Assembly (NCBI RefSeq): GCF_009914755.1
Contig: NC_060931.1
DNA length: 64,000 nt
Source of the DNA: the human T2T-CHM13v2.0 reference genome, Homo sapiens
Strand: one strand, 5' to 3'
The position numbers and the translations under genes are program-made. Of the stretch, positions 46,195 to 60,254 are shown piece after piece. The notes under the pieces were generated by a model that saw only the letters and a program-made list of their open reading frames with translations, had not been told where the DNA came from and ran no database searches. Every line of letters begins with the position of its first letter. The first letter of the stretch is position 1.

Positions 46195-47083
46195 ACCTCC
46201 TATCTGTATATCCATCTTTACCCTTTGCTTTACAGCTCAGGTTATGTGTTCTATTTTCACAGCTTATTAAACTCCCCAGAAACTGTCTCAGTAAGGCAAA
46301 TTGTTTTAATTTATCCAAAAAAAAAAAAAAACAAGGGAAAACAGAAAAAAAGTTTGTTTTTGTCGTCTTTGTAAGTATTTTCTTTGGTTCATAACCAGAA
46401 CACGCAGGACAGCTTCTGACCATAATGCGTGATCTGACATTCATTCGTACACTGATATACTCTAGCAGAGAAAGACAGAAAAAAATGAGGCCAGGTTCTG
46501 CAAATGATTCAGTCACAAAAAGAAGAGAAATGTAGCTTTTAATGCACAAAGTTTATAAGTGGAATGGATCTTTTTCACAAAACTCATCTACTGAATAATA
46601 ATGTGTTGGTATTATAAAAATGAATCATAGTTTTATAAATGTCATCTAATCTTACAGATAGAGCCTAGAAAGATTTTAAGCCCTTTGACTTGCTGTTTGA
46701 TAATCCAAAATTAATTGTGATGATTATCACTAAAAATAATCATTCACACATATTTTGATATCTTATATGTACAGTAGACACTAAAACTACTCCCTCTTGT
46801 TCTCCCAGTTTCTCAGGTCATTAAGCGATACTAGTCTCTATCATTAAACTTGAACACAATCAAAGTTAACATTGGAATTTAGTTTGCTCACCCCTTCTTT
46901 CCCATGCATGGCTTAACCAAAGCCCACTTTTATTGCAAGCCTAAAATCAAAATTTGCGATTATTAGATTAAGACAATCTATAGTTTGCCTTGTGAGATTT
47001 GCCAACTTCCAAATCCCATACTTTTTCTTTGACTTCCATTAATCTATGCATGATGGTCCTAGCCCTTGAGATAGTCTTTTCTA

Positions 47084-47394
47084 GGCCGAGCGCAGTGGCT
47101 CATGCCTGTAATCCCAGCAATTTGGGAGGCTGAGGCGGGTGTTTCACCTGAGGTCAGGAGTTTAAGACCAGCCTGGCCAAAATGGTGAAACCCTGTCTCT
47201 ACTAAAACTACAAAACTTAGCCAGGTATGGTGGTGCACACCTGTAATCTCAGCTACTTGGGAGGCTGAGGCAAGAGAATCACATGCACCCAGGAGGCAGA
47301 GGTTGCAGTGAGCTCAGATCACACCACTGCACTCAAGCCTATGAGACAGAGCGAGACTCTCTCCCCCCACCCTGCCCACACCCCCCCAAAAAAA
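47084..47394 (+). mobile_element. AluSx-like with a C-rich tail insert
   Basis: Full dimer; decayed TSD agat(a/g)g(t/c)cttttct at 47069 and 47394. Confidence 0.95.
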
Positions 47395-47769
47395 GATGGC
47401 CTTTTCTTTCATTGAGACAGCAATGAAAAAACTTATATAAGTAAATAACATACAGCTTTTTCTGCAATATCTTCCAATTTGATAGTTCTTCGAATTCTAC
47501 AGAAAACATAGAGCCATTACTATCTCAGGCAGACAGTGCAGTCAGATCAAATGCTTGTGTTGCACTTTGAATTTCAAGGGAATGCAATATATGTTATCAC
47601 TTCTTTAAAACACAGTGTTTTAGAATCCCTTAAAAATCTTTCTACCACATAATCCAAACGAGTGTCATCTCTAACTTTTATTTTCTGAAGTTTAGTTTTT
47701 CCTTACAATTGTCTTTGATGAAACAACCTGTCTACTTGACAACCTTGGTGGAAAAAGAGAAAATAGATA

Positions 47770-48262
47770 AAATAAGAACTAACATACTATCATTTGTAAC
47801 AACGTGGATAGAAAAGGAGTTCATTATGTTAAATGAAATAAGCCAGGCACAAAAAGGCAAATATTGCATAGGTTCACTCACATGTGGGGGCTAAAAAAGT
47901 GTATCTCATAGAGAGTAGAATGGTGGTTGCCAGAATCTGGGAAGTGTAGCGGGGAGAAGGAATAAAGAGAAGTTGGTTAATGGGTATAAAATTACAGTTT
48001 GTACTTACTCAAAGAGTAAGTTTTACTGTTCAATAGTACAGTAGGATGACTATAATTAACAATAATTTATTGTATAATTTAAAATAGAAGAAAATTAGAA
48101 TGTTTTCAACAGAAAGAAAAGATAAATGAGGTGACAGAAATCCCAATTACCCCGATTTGATTGCTATGCATATATGTATATCTATATCTCACAAATACCC
48201 TCCAAAATATGTACAACTTTTATGTACCAATTAAAACAAGAAAACAAAAACTTCAAAAGCAA
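47770..48262 (+). mobile_element. L1MA 3' UTR fragment
   Basis: gaaataagccaggcaca..; gagagtagaatggtggttgccaga; A-rich tail. Confidence 0.8.
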
Positions 48263-51200
48263 AAGAATTATACGGATACTTACAATTATTAGAATATTTA
48301 CTGATTCACTGTTGAGAATGAGGTATTTATTTGGCTTGCTTGTATTTATTAAAAAGTAATAGCATATATATAGAAAATAGCACAATTCAGAATTTATGTT
48401 GCTTATTATGAACACTGAAATAAAATAATTACTACCAAAATACACGAGTAGAATTGCAATATTACTTTACCATTTATACAGCCTATTTGAATTATGCATA
48501 ATTTTACTTGGTTGTACGTTAAATCTATCACAAAGAAAGCAAAAAAAAAAAAAAACAAAAAAAAACAAAAGAAACAATGAAAAGAGCTAATAATGGCAAA
48601 GAGTAGAAAGGAGGAAAACCAATTGACTAGTATGGAATTTAGGATTTGATAGCTTAGAGTAAGACCTTCCAATGTTAATGAAGTCAGATAATATTTATAA
48701 TTCAAACCACAACTATAAACCATGGTTCTCATACTTCCTAGGAGCTTCAGCAATCATCATCAACAAGATATAAGAAACAGACTAAAATTATAACTTAACA
48801 AGGTTAAGATGTATTTAGATGTGTTTTCTTCTAAAAAGATTCTTTAGGAAATGGTGAAACAGAACTTAGGAAGGTATAGAAAGGCTATGAAGGAGAAAAG
48901 AGAAGTTGGTTAGTGTAAATCTGCATTCCACACAAACTACCTTCTACTTAGGCACTGTGGTGTCTCCCCTTTAATGAAGTTTCTGGAGTTCTACTTGCTT
49001 TTTACCTGAATACTTTGCCACTATATTTAATTTTCTAATTCATCCTATGTTATTTCAATATTTTGTGCTTTTATTTTTAAATTTCTTGTGGGTACCTGGT
49101 AGGTGTGTATATTTAGGGGGTACATGAAATATTTTGATACAGGCATGCAATGTAGTATAAGCACATCATGGAAAATGGAGTATCTATCTTCTTAAGCATT
49201 TATCCTTTGAGTTAAAAACCAATTACAGTCTTTATTTCATAATGTACAATTAAGTTATTATTGACTATAGTTGCCCTGTTATGCTATTAAATAGTATGTC
49301 TTGCTCATTCTTTCTAACTGTTTTTTTTTTTTTTTACCCATTAACTAAACCGACCTCCTCTGCAGCCTTCCACTACCCTTCTCAGCTTCTGGTAACCATC
49401 CTTCTACACTCTGTGGCCATTAGTTCAATTGTTTTGGATTTTAGGTTTCACAAATAAGTGAGAACATGTGATGTTTGTCCTCCCATGCCTGGCTTATTTC
49501 ACTTAACATAATAATCTCCAGTTCCATTCATGTTGTTGCAAATGACAGGGTGTCCTTTTTTTACGGCTGAATAGTACTCCAATGCATACATGTACCACAT
49601 TTTCTTTATCCATTCAGCTGTTGATGGACACTTATGTGGCTTCCAAATCTTAGCTATTGTGAACAGTGCTTCAACAAACACAGGGGTGCAGGTATCTTTT
49701 TGATATACTGACAGATATACTGATATATCCAGCAGTGGGGATTGCTGAATCATATGGTAGTTTTTAGTTTTTTGAGGAACCTCCAAGCTGTCCTCCATAG
49801 TGGTTGTACTAATTTACATTTCCACCAACAGTGTACCAGGGCTCCCTTTTCTCCACAACCTTGCCAGGATTTATTATTGCCTTTTTTTTTTTTTTTTGAT
49901 AGAAGCCATTTAAACGAGTGAGATCATATCTCATTGTAGTTTTGTTTTTCCCTCATGACCATAGATGCTGAATACCTTTTCATATGCCTGTTGGCCATCT
50001 GTATGTCCTCTTTTGAGAAATGTCTGTTTAAATCTTTTGTACATATTTTGATCGGATTATTAGATTTATTCCTATAGACTTGTTTGTGCTCCTTATATAT
50101 TTTGGTTATGAATCCTTTGTCAGATTCATAGTTTACAAATACTTTCTCCCATTCTGTGGGTTGTCTCTTCACTTTGTTGGTTATATCCTTTGCTGTGCAG
50201 AAGGTTTTTCACTTGATGGGATTCCATTTGTCCATTTTTTGCTTTGGTTGCATGTGCTTGTGGGGTATCGCTCAAGAAATTTTTGCCCAGACCAATGTCC
50301 TGGAGATTTTCCCCAATATTTTCTTGTAGTAGTTTCACAGTTTGAGGTCTTAATTATAAATCTATAATCCGTTTTGATTTGATTTTGTATATGGCAAGAG
50401 ATAAGGGTCTAGTTTCATTTTTTTTTTTTTTTTGCATATAGATATCTTGTTTTCCTAGCACCATTATTGAGAGACTGTCTTTTTTCCAGTGTATGTTCTT
50501 GGCACCCTTGTTAAAAGTGAGTTTACTGGGTGTGGATTTGTTTCTTTGTTCTCTATTGTCTTACATTGGTCTGTGTGTCTGTTTTTATGAAAGTACACTG
50601 TATTTTGGTTACTACAGCTGTGTAGTATAATTTGAAGTCAAACAATGTAATTCTTCCAGTTTTGTTCTTGTTGCTTAGGATAGCTTTGGTTATTCTGGGC
50701 CTTTCGTGGTTGCATATAAATTTTAGAGTTTTTTTTTTTTCTGTTTCTGTTAATAATGTCATTGGTATTTTGATAGGGATTTCACTGAATTTGTAGATTG
50801 CTTTGGATAGTATGGACATTTTAAAAATATTGATTCTTCCAATCCATGAAATCGGAAGCTCTTTCCATTTTTTTGGTGTCTTCTTCAATTTCCGTAATTA
50901 CTGTTTTGTAGTTGTCATTATAGGGGCCTTTTGCTTTTTTCATTACGTTAATTCTTACATATTTAATTGTGGCTATTGTAAATGGGATTTTTATTTCTTT
51001 TACAGATTGTTCACTGTTGGCATACAGAAATGCTACTAATTTTTGTATGTTAATCTTGTATCCTGCAACTTTTTTGACTTTGTTCATCAGTTCCAATAGT
51101 TGTTTGTGGAGTCTTTAGGTTTTTCCAAATATAAGATTATAACAGCTGAAAACAAGGATAATTTGACGTCTTCCTTTCCAATTTGGATGCCCTTTATGTC

Positions 51201-52849
51201 CTTCTCTTTTCTGATTGCTCTAGCTAGGACTTGCAGTACTATGTCAAATAACAGTGGTGAGAGTGGGCATCCCCGTCATGTTCTAAATCTCAGAGGAAAG
51301 GCTTTCAGTTTTTCCCATTTGGTAAGATACTAGCTGTGGGTCTACCATACATGGCTTTTATTATGCTGAAGGCATTCCTTCTATCCTCTGTTCTATGGGT
51401 GTTTTTATTATGAAGTGATGTTAGATTTTATCAAATGCTATTTCAACATCAGTTGAAATGATCATATGTTTTTCATCCTTCATTCTGTTCATATGAAGTA
51501 TCACATTGATTGATTATTGAACCATCAATATCTTACATATATTGAGCCATCCTTGCATCCTGAGGATAAACCCCAATTGGTCATTATGAATGATCTTTCC
51601 AATGCATTGTTCAACTCGGTTTGCTAGCATTTTGTTGAGGATTTTTATATCAATATTTATCAGAGATATTGACCTGTAGTTTTCTTTTTTGGATGTGTCT
51701 TATGCTGGGTTTCATATCAGAGTAACTGGCCTTGTAGAATTAGATTAGAAGTATTCCCTCCTCCTTTAGTTTTCAGAATAGTTTGAGTAGGACTGGTGTT
51801 ACTTCTTAAATGTTTGGTAAAATTCATCAGTGAAGCCATGGGGTCCCAGGCTTTTCTTTACTGGGAGAATTTTTATTATGGCTTCTATCTCATTTCTTGT
51901 TGTTGGTCTGTTCAGGTTTTGTATTTCTTCCTGGGTTAATTTGTATGTGTCTAGGAATTTTTCCATTTCTTCTAGATTTTTCCAATTTATTGGCATATAG
52001 CTGCTCAGAGTAGCCACTAATGATCCTTTGGATTACTGCAATATCAGTTGTAATATCTCCTTTTTCATTCCTGATTTTATTTATGTGGATCTTCCTTCTT
52101 TTTTAAAAAATATCTGGCTAAAGGTTTGTACGGAATTTTTATTAACTTTTCAAAAAAAAAACTTTTTGTTTTATTGACCTTTTGTATTTTATTTCAATTT
52201 CATTTATTTCTTTTCTGATCTTTATTATTTATTTTCTTCTACTAATTTTTAGTTCAGTTTGCTCCTGCTTTTCTAGTTCTTTAAGATGGATCATTAGATT
52301 GTTTAAAGTTTTCCTATTTATTTTTTATGTAGGCAGTTATAGCTATAAAAGTCCCTCTTAGTACTGCTTTTGCTGTATTCCGTAAGTTTGATATGTTGTG
52401 GTTCCATCATTATTTGTTTCTACAAATTTTCAACTTTCTTCTCAAATTCTACACTGACCCACTGGTCATTCAGGAGCATAGGGTTTAATTTCCATGTATT
52501 TATATAGTTTTCATAATTCTTTCTTATTATTTTCTAGTTTTATTCCATTGTGGTCAGAGAAGAAGCTTGATATAACTTCAATTTTCAAAAATGATTTATG
52601 ACTTGTTTTGTGACCTAACATGTGGTATATCCTTGAGAATGTTCCACATGCTGAGGAAAAAAAAAAGCGTATTCTGCAACCACTGTATGAAATGTTCTGC
52701 AAATACAAATTATATCCATTTGTTCAATAGTGCAGATTAAGTCCAATGTGTCTTTGTTGATTTTCTGCTTGGAAGATGTGTCCAGTGCTGAAAGTGGGAA
52801 TTTGAAGTTGCCAGTTATTTTTGTATTGGGGCCGATGTCTCTCTCTCTC

Positions 52850-55800
52850 TTTTATTATCATTATTATTATTATTATTATTACACTTTAAGTTCTGGAATG
52901 CATGTGCAGAACATGAAGGTTTGTTACATAGGTATACACGTGCCATGGTGGTTTGCTGTACTCATCAAACCGTCATCCACATTAGGTATTTCTCCTAATG
53001 CTATCCTTTCCGTAGCCCCTCACCTCCCAACAGGCCCCAGTGTGTGATGTTCCCCTCCCTGTGTCCATCTGTTCTCATTGTTCAACTCCAACCCATGAGT
53101 GAGAACATGCAGTGTTTGGTTTTCTGCTCCTCTGTTAGTTTGCTGAGAATGATGGTTTACAGCTTCATCCATGTCCCAGCAAAGGACATGAACTCATCCT
53201 TTTTCAAGTATTCATAGTATTCCATGGTGTATATGTGCCACATTTTCTTTATCCAGTCTATCATTGATATGCATTTGGGTTGGTTCCAAGTCTTCACTAA
53301 TGTGAACAGTGCTGCAATAAACATACTTGTGCATGGTATTTATAGTAGAAAGATTTATAATCCTTTGGGTATGTACCCAGTAATGGGATTGCTGAGTCAA
53401 ATGGCATTTCTGGTTCTAGATTCTTGAAGAATTGCCACACTGTCTTCCACAATAATTGAACTAATTTACAGTCCCACCAACAGTGTAAAAGCATTCCTAT
53501 TTCTCCACATCCTCTCCAGCATCTGTGGTTTCCTGACATTTTAGTTATCACCATTATAACTGGCATGAGATGGTATCTCAATTGTGGTTTTGATTTGCAT
53601 TTCTCTAATGACCAGTAATGATGAGTTTTTATTTAATATGTTTGTTGGCCACATAAATGTCTTCTTTTGAGAAGTGTATATTCATATCCTTCGCCCACTT
53701 TTGGATGGGGTTGTTTTTTTCTTGTAAATTTGTTTAAGCTCCTTGTAGATTCTGGATATTAGCCCTTTGACAGATGGATAGATTGCAAACATTTTCTCCC
53801 ATTCTGTAGGTTGCCTGTTCACTCTGATAGGTTTTTTTTTTGCTGTGCAGAAGCTCTTTAGTTTCATTAGATCCCATTTGCCAATTTTGGCTTTTGCTGT
53901 CACTGCTTTGGTGTGTTACTCATGAAGTCTTTGCCCATGCCTATATCCTGAATGGTACTGACCTAGGTTTTCCTCTAAGGTTTTTATGGTTTTAAATGTT
54001 ACATTTAAGTCTTTAATCTATCTTGAGTTAATTTTTGTATAAAGTGTAAGGAAAGGGTCTGGTTTCAGTTTTCTGCATCTGGCTAGCCAGTTTTCACAAC
54101 ACCATTTATTAAACAGGGAATCCTTTCCCCATTTCTTGTTTTTGTCAGGTTTGTCAAAGATCAGACGTTTTTAGATATGTGGTGTTATTTCTGAGGCCTC
54201 TGTTCTGTTCCATTGGTCTATATATCTGTTTTGGTACCAGTACCACGCTGTATTGGTTACTGTATCCTTGTAGTATTAGTTTGAAGTCAGTTAGCATGAT
54301 GCCTCCAGCTGTGTTCTTTTTGCTTAGGATTTTCTTGGCTATATGGGCTCTTTTTTAGTTCCATATGAAATTTAAAGTAGTTTTTTTATAATTCTGTGAA
54401 GAAAGTCAATGGGAGTTTGATGGGGATAGCACTGAATCTATAAATTACTTTGGGCAGTATGGCCATTTTCACGATAGTGATTCTTCCTATCCGTGAGCAT
54501 AGAATGTTTTTCTATTTGTGTTCTCTCCTATTTCCTTGAGCAGTGATTTGTAGTTCACCTTGAAGAGGTCCTGCACATCCCTTGTTAGCTGTACTCCTGG
54601 GTATTTTAACCTCTTTGTGGCTATTGTGAATGGGAGTTCACTCGTGATTTGGCTCTCTGTCTATTGTTCATGTATAGGAATGCTTCTGATTTTTGCACAT
54701 TGATTTTGTATCCTGAGACTTTGCTGAAGTTGGTAATCAGCTTAAAGAGATTTGGGGCTGAGATGATGAGGTATTCTATACAATCATGTCATCTGCAAAT
54801 AGAGACAATTTGACTTCCTCTCTTCCTATTTGAATACCCTTTATTTCTTTCTCTTGCCTGATTGCCCTGGCTAGAACTTCCAACACTATGTTGAATAGGA
54901 GTGGTGAGAGAGGGCATCCTTGTCTTGTGCTGGTTCTCAAAGGGAATGCTTCCAGCTTTTGCCCATTCAGTATAATATTGGCTGTGGGATTTTCATAATT
55001 AACTCTTACTATTTTGAGATACATTCCATCAATACCTAGTTTACTGAAAGTTTTTATCATGAAGGGGTGTTGGATTTTATTTAAGGCCTATTCTGCATCT
55101 GTTGAAATAATCATGTGATTTCTGTCATTCGTTCTATTTATGTGATGGAATATGTTTATTGATTTACATATGTTGAACAGCCTTGCATGCCAGAGATGAA
55201 GCCGTCTTGGTCATAGTGGATAAGCTTTTTGATGTGCTGCTGGATTCGGTTTGCCAGTATTTTATTGGGGATTTTCACATCAAAGTTCATCAGGGATAGT
55301 GGCCTGAAATTTTCTTTTTTGTGTGTGTCTATGCAAGGTTTTGGTATCAGGATGATGATGGTGGCTTCATAAAATGAGTTAGGGAGGTGTCCCTCTTTTT
55401 CTATTGTTTGGGATACTTTCAGAAGGAATGGTAACAGCTCCTCTTTGTACCTCTGGTAGAATTCGGCTGTGAATCCATCTGGTCCTGGGCTTTGTTTTTT
55501 GGTTGGTAGGCTATTAATTACTGCCTCGATTTCAGAACTTGTTATTGGTCTATTTAGGGATTTAACTTCTTCCTGGTTTAGTCTTGAGAGGGTGTATGTG
55601 TCCAGGAATTTATCCATTTCTCCTGGATTTTCTAACTTATTTGCATAGAGGTGTTTATAGTATTCTCTTACAGTAGTTTGTATTTCTCTGAGATCAGTGG
55701 TGATATTAACTTTTATCACTTTTTACTGTCTATTTGATTCTTCTCTCTTTTCTTCTTCATTAGTCTGGCTAGCAGTCTATCTATTTTGTTGATCTTTTCA

Positions 55801-58800
55801 AAAAACCAGCTCCTGGATTCATTGATTTTGTGAAGGCTTTTTCATGTCTCTATCTCCGTTAGTTCTGCTCTGATGTTAGTTTTTTCTTGTCTTCTGCTAG
55901 CTTTTGAATTTGTTTGCTCTTACTTCTCTACTTCTTTTTATTGTGATGTTAGGGTATCGATTTTAGATCTTTCCTGCTTTCTCCTGTGGGCATTTAGTGC
56001 TATAAATTTCAATCTAAACACTGCTTTAGCTGTGTCTCAGAGATTCTGGTACATTGTGTCTTTTTTCTCATTGGTTTGAAATAACTTATTTATTTCTGCC
56101 TTAATTTTGTTATTTACCCAGTAGTCATTCAGGAGCAGATGGTTCAGTTTCCATGTAGTTGTGCGATTTTGAGTGAGTTTCTTAATCCTGAGTTTTAATT
56201 TGGTTGCTCTGTGTTCTGAGAGACTGTTTGTTATAATTTCCATTCTTTTACATTTGGTAAGGAGTGTTTTACTTCGAATTATGTGGTCAATTTTAGAATA
56301 GGTGCAATGTGGTGCTGAGAAGAATGGATATTTTGTTAGTTTGGGGTGGAGAGTTCTGTAGATGTCTATTAGGTCTGCTTGGTCCAGAGTTGAGTTCAAG
56401 TCCTGAATATCCTTATTAATTTTCTGTCTAATATTGACAGTGGGGTGTTAAAGTCTCCTACTACTATTGCATGGGAGTCTAAGTGTCTTTGTAAGTCACT
56501 AAGAACTTGCTTTGTGAATCTGGGTGCTCCTGTATTGGGTGCATATATATTTAGGATAGTTAGCTCCTTTTGTTGCATTGATCCCTTTGCCATTATGTAA
56601 TGCCCTTCTTTGTCCTTTTTGATCTTTGTTGGTTTAAAGTCTGTCTTATCAGAGACTAGGATTGCAACCCCTGCTTTTTTTTTTTCTTTCCATTTGCTTG
56701 GCAAATATTTCTTCATCCCTTTATTTTGAGCCTATGTGTGTCTTTGCCCATGAGACATGTCTCCTGAATACAGCATACCAATGGGTCTTTACTCTTTATC
56801 CAATTTGCCAGTATATGTCTTTTATTTGGGGCATTTAGCCCATTTGCATTTAAGGTTAATATTGTTATGTGTGAGTTTGTTCCTCTCATTATGATACTAG
56901 CTGGTTATTTTTCCTGTTACTTGAGGCAGTTTCTTCATAGTGTCAATGGTCTTTACAATTTGGCATGTTTTTGCAGTGGCTGGTACTGGTTTTTCCTTTC
57001 CATATTTAGTGCTCCCTTCAGGAGCTTTTGTAAGGAAGGCCGGGTGGTGACAAAATTTCTCAGCATTTGCTTGTCTGTAAAGCATTTTATTTCTCCTTTG
57101 CTTATGAAGCTTAAGTTGGCTGGATATGAAATTCTGGGTTGAAAATTATTTAAGAATGTTGAATATTGGCCCCACTCTCTTCTGGTTTCTAGGGTTTCTG
57201 CAGAGAGATGTGCTGTTAGTCTAATGGGCTTCCCTTTGTGGGTAACCCAACCTTTCTCTCTGGCTGCCCTTAACATTTTTTCCTTCATTTCAATCTTGGT
57301 GAATCTGACAATTATGTGTCTTGGGGTTGCTCTTCTAGAGGAGTATCTTTGTGGTGTTCTCTGTATTTCCTGAATTTGAATGTCAGCCTGTCTTGCTAGG
57401 TTGGGGAAGTTCTCCTGAATAATGTCATGAAGAGTGTTTTCCAACTTGGTTCTCTTCTCCCGCCGCTTTCAGGTACACCAATCAAATGTAGGTTTGGTCT
57501 TTTCATATAGTCCCATATTTCTTGGAGGCTTTGTGCAATCCTTTTCTTTTTTCTCTAATCTTTTCTTCACACTTTGTTCCATTAAGTTGATCTTCAATCT
57601 CTGATATCCTTTCTTCTGCTTGATAGATTGGGCTATCGATACTTGTGTATGCTTTACTAAGTTCTTGTGCTGTGTTTTTCAGCTCCATCAGGTCATTTAT
57701 GTTCTTCTCTAAACTGGTTATTCCAGTTAGAAATTCCTCTAACCCTTTTTCTAAGCTTTTTTCAAGGTTCTTAGCTTCCTTGCATTGGGTTAGAAAATGC
57801 TCCTTTGGCTCAGAGGAATTTGTTGTTACCCACCTCCTGAAGTTTACTTCTGTCAATTTGTCAAACTCATTTTCCATCCGCTTTTGTTCTCTTGCTGGCC
57901 AGAAGCTGTGATCCTTTGGAGGAGAAGAGGCGTTCTGGTTTTTGGAATTTTCAGCCTATTTGCACTGGTTTTTCCTCATCTTTGTGGAATTACCTACCTT
58001 TGGTCTTGGATGTTGGTGACCTTCAGATGGGGTTTCTGTGTGGACATCCTTTTTGTTGATGTTGATGCTATTCCTTTCTGTTTGTTTGTTTTCCTTCTAA
58101 CAGTCAGGCCCCTCTGCTGCAGGTCTGCTGGAGTTTGCTGGAGTTCTACTGGAGACCTCATTTTTGTGGGTATCACCAGTGGAGGCTACAGAATAGCAAA
58201 GATTGCTGCCTGTTCCTTCCTCTGGAAGCTTCGTCCCAGAGGGGCACTCACCAGATTACAGTCACAGCTCTCCTGTATGAGGCATCTGTTGACCCCTGCT
58301 GGGAGGTGTCTCCCAGTCAGGAGGCAGGGAGGTTAGGGACCCATTTGAGGTGGCCATCTGTCCCTTAGCAGAGCTCAAGCTCTGTGCTGGGTGATCTGCT
58401 GCTCTCTTCAGAGCTGACAGCCAGGAACGCTTGAGTCTGCTGAAGCTGCGCCCACTGCCGCCCCTTCCCCCAGGTGCCCTGTCCCAGGGAAATGGGAGTT
58501 TTATCTATAAGCCTCTGACTGGGGCTGCTGCCTTTCTTTCAGAGATGCCTTGCCAAGAGAGGAGGAATCTAGAGAGGTAGTCTGGCTACAGAAGCTTTGC
58601 CAAGCTGCAGTGGGCTTTGCCCAGTTTGAATTTCTTCCTGGTGGCTTCGTTTACACTGTGAGGGGAAAACTGCCTACTCAAGCCTCAGTAATGGCGGACG
58701 CCCCTCCCCACACCAAGCTCAAGCATCCCAGGTTGACTTGCTGTGCCTGGTAGCGAGAACTGCTGTGCTGACAGCAAGAATTGCAAGCCAGTGGATCTTA

Positions 58801-59345
58801 GTTTGCTGGGCTCTGTAGGGGTGGGTTCCACTGAGCAAGACCACTTGGCTCCCTGGCTTCCACCCCATTTCCAGGGGAGTGAATGGCTCTGTCTCACTGG
58901 TGTTCCACGTGTCACTGGGGTGTGAAAAAACAAAAAAAAAACTGCAGCTAGTTCAGTATCTGCACAAACAGCCGCCTGTTTTGTGCTTGAAAGCCAGGGC
59001 CCTGGTGGCATAGGCACCCGAGGGAATCTCCTGGTCTGTGGGTTGAGAAGACCATGGGAAAAGCATAGAATCTGGGCCAGAATGCACTGTTCCTCATGGC
59101 ACAGTCCCTCATGGCTTCCCTTGGCTAGGGGAGGGAGTTCCCCGACCCCCTGTGCGTCCTGGGTGAGGTGTCACACCACCCTGCTTCGGTTTCCCCTTTG
59201 TGGGCTGCACCCACTGTCTAAGCAGTCCCGGTGAGATGAGCTGGCTATCTCAGTTGGAAATGCAATAATTAAACACCTTCTGTGCTGATCTCTCTGGGAG
59301 CTGCAAACCAGAGCTGTTCCAATTCGAACATCTTGCAGCCACACC
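52850..59345 (-). mobile_element. Full-length L1PA7-like element (~6.5 kb), ORF1 and ORF2 broken
   Basis: 5' UTR start caagatg.tcgaattggaacagctc; ORF1p fragments at 57503-57877 and 56953-57444; ORF2p fragments 53297-56716 including LFADDMIV; TSD core tctctcttt on both sides. Confidence 0.95.
58691..58753 (+). pseudogene. Truncated L1 ORF0 remnant (antisense in the L1 5' UTR)
   Basis: gtaATGG start; MADAPPH resembles L1 ORF0 N-terminus MAGAPPP; downstream frame has CCA..SVGVG. Confidence 0.7.
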
Positions 59346-60254
59346 AAGCCAACTATCCTCTCTCTTTAGCTCTAATAATATTTGCTTTAGGTATCTGGGT
59401 ACTCCAGTGTTGGGTGCATATATATTTAAATTGTTATATCCTCTTGCTGAATTGACCCCATTAACATTATGTAGTGACCTTCTTTGTGTCTTATAGTTTT
59501 TGTGTTGAAATCTATTTTTTCTGACATAGGTATAGTGACTCCTGTTCTTTTTTTGGTTTCCATTGGCACATAGTATATCTTTTCTTATGTCTTTATTTTC
59601 AGTACATATTTGTCTTTATAGGTGAAGTGTGTTTCTTGTAGGCAACAGATCAGTGGGCCTTGTTTATTCATCCACTCATTCAGTCTGTGTCTTTTGACTG
59701 GAGAGTTTAGTCTATTTACATACAATGTTATTACTACTTACATCTGCTATTTTGTTATTTGTTTTCTGATTGTTTCATGGTATTCTCCTTCTTTCTTTCC
59801 TTCCTGTTATCTTTTATTGAACATAATTTTCTCTGGTGATATAATTTAGTTTCTTGCTTTTTTTGTGTGTGTATCCATTGTACGATTTTTGGTTTGAAGT
59901 TACCATGGTGCTTGCAAATACTATCTTATAACCCATTATTTTAACCTCACAACAACTGAACACTGTTTGTGTAAATAAACAAACCAAAAAAAAGGAAACT
60001 AATAAAAGCTCTCTGCTTTAATTTCTTGCTTCTAAATTTATTTTTGTTTCTATTTATATCTTATTGTACTGTGTTTTGAAAAGTTGTTGTTGTAGTTATT
60101 TTTTATTGGTTTATCATTTAGTAGAAATGATATAAGTTTAGTGACTCAATCTTTTTTGTTTGCATTGGCACATATAATATATTTTTATTTTTTTTTATTT
60201 TCAGTACATGTGTGTCTTTATAGGTGAGGTATGTTTCTTGTAGGCAACAGATCA

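Noticed and set aside
52850-59345. Retrotransposition-competent L1
   Set aside because: ORF1 is split and ORF2 is broken into many short ORFs; 5' UTR CpGs are largely decayed.
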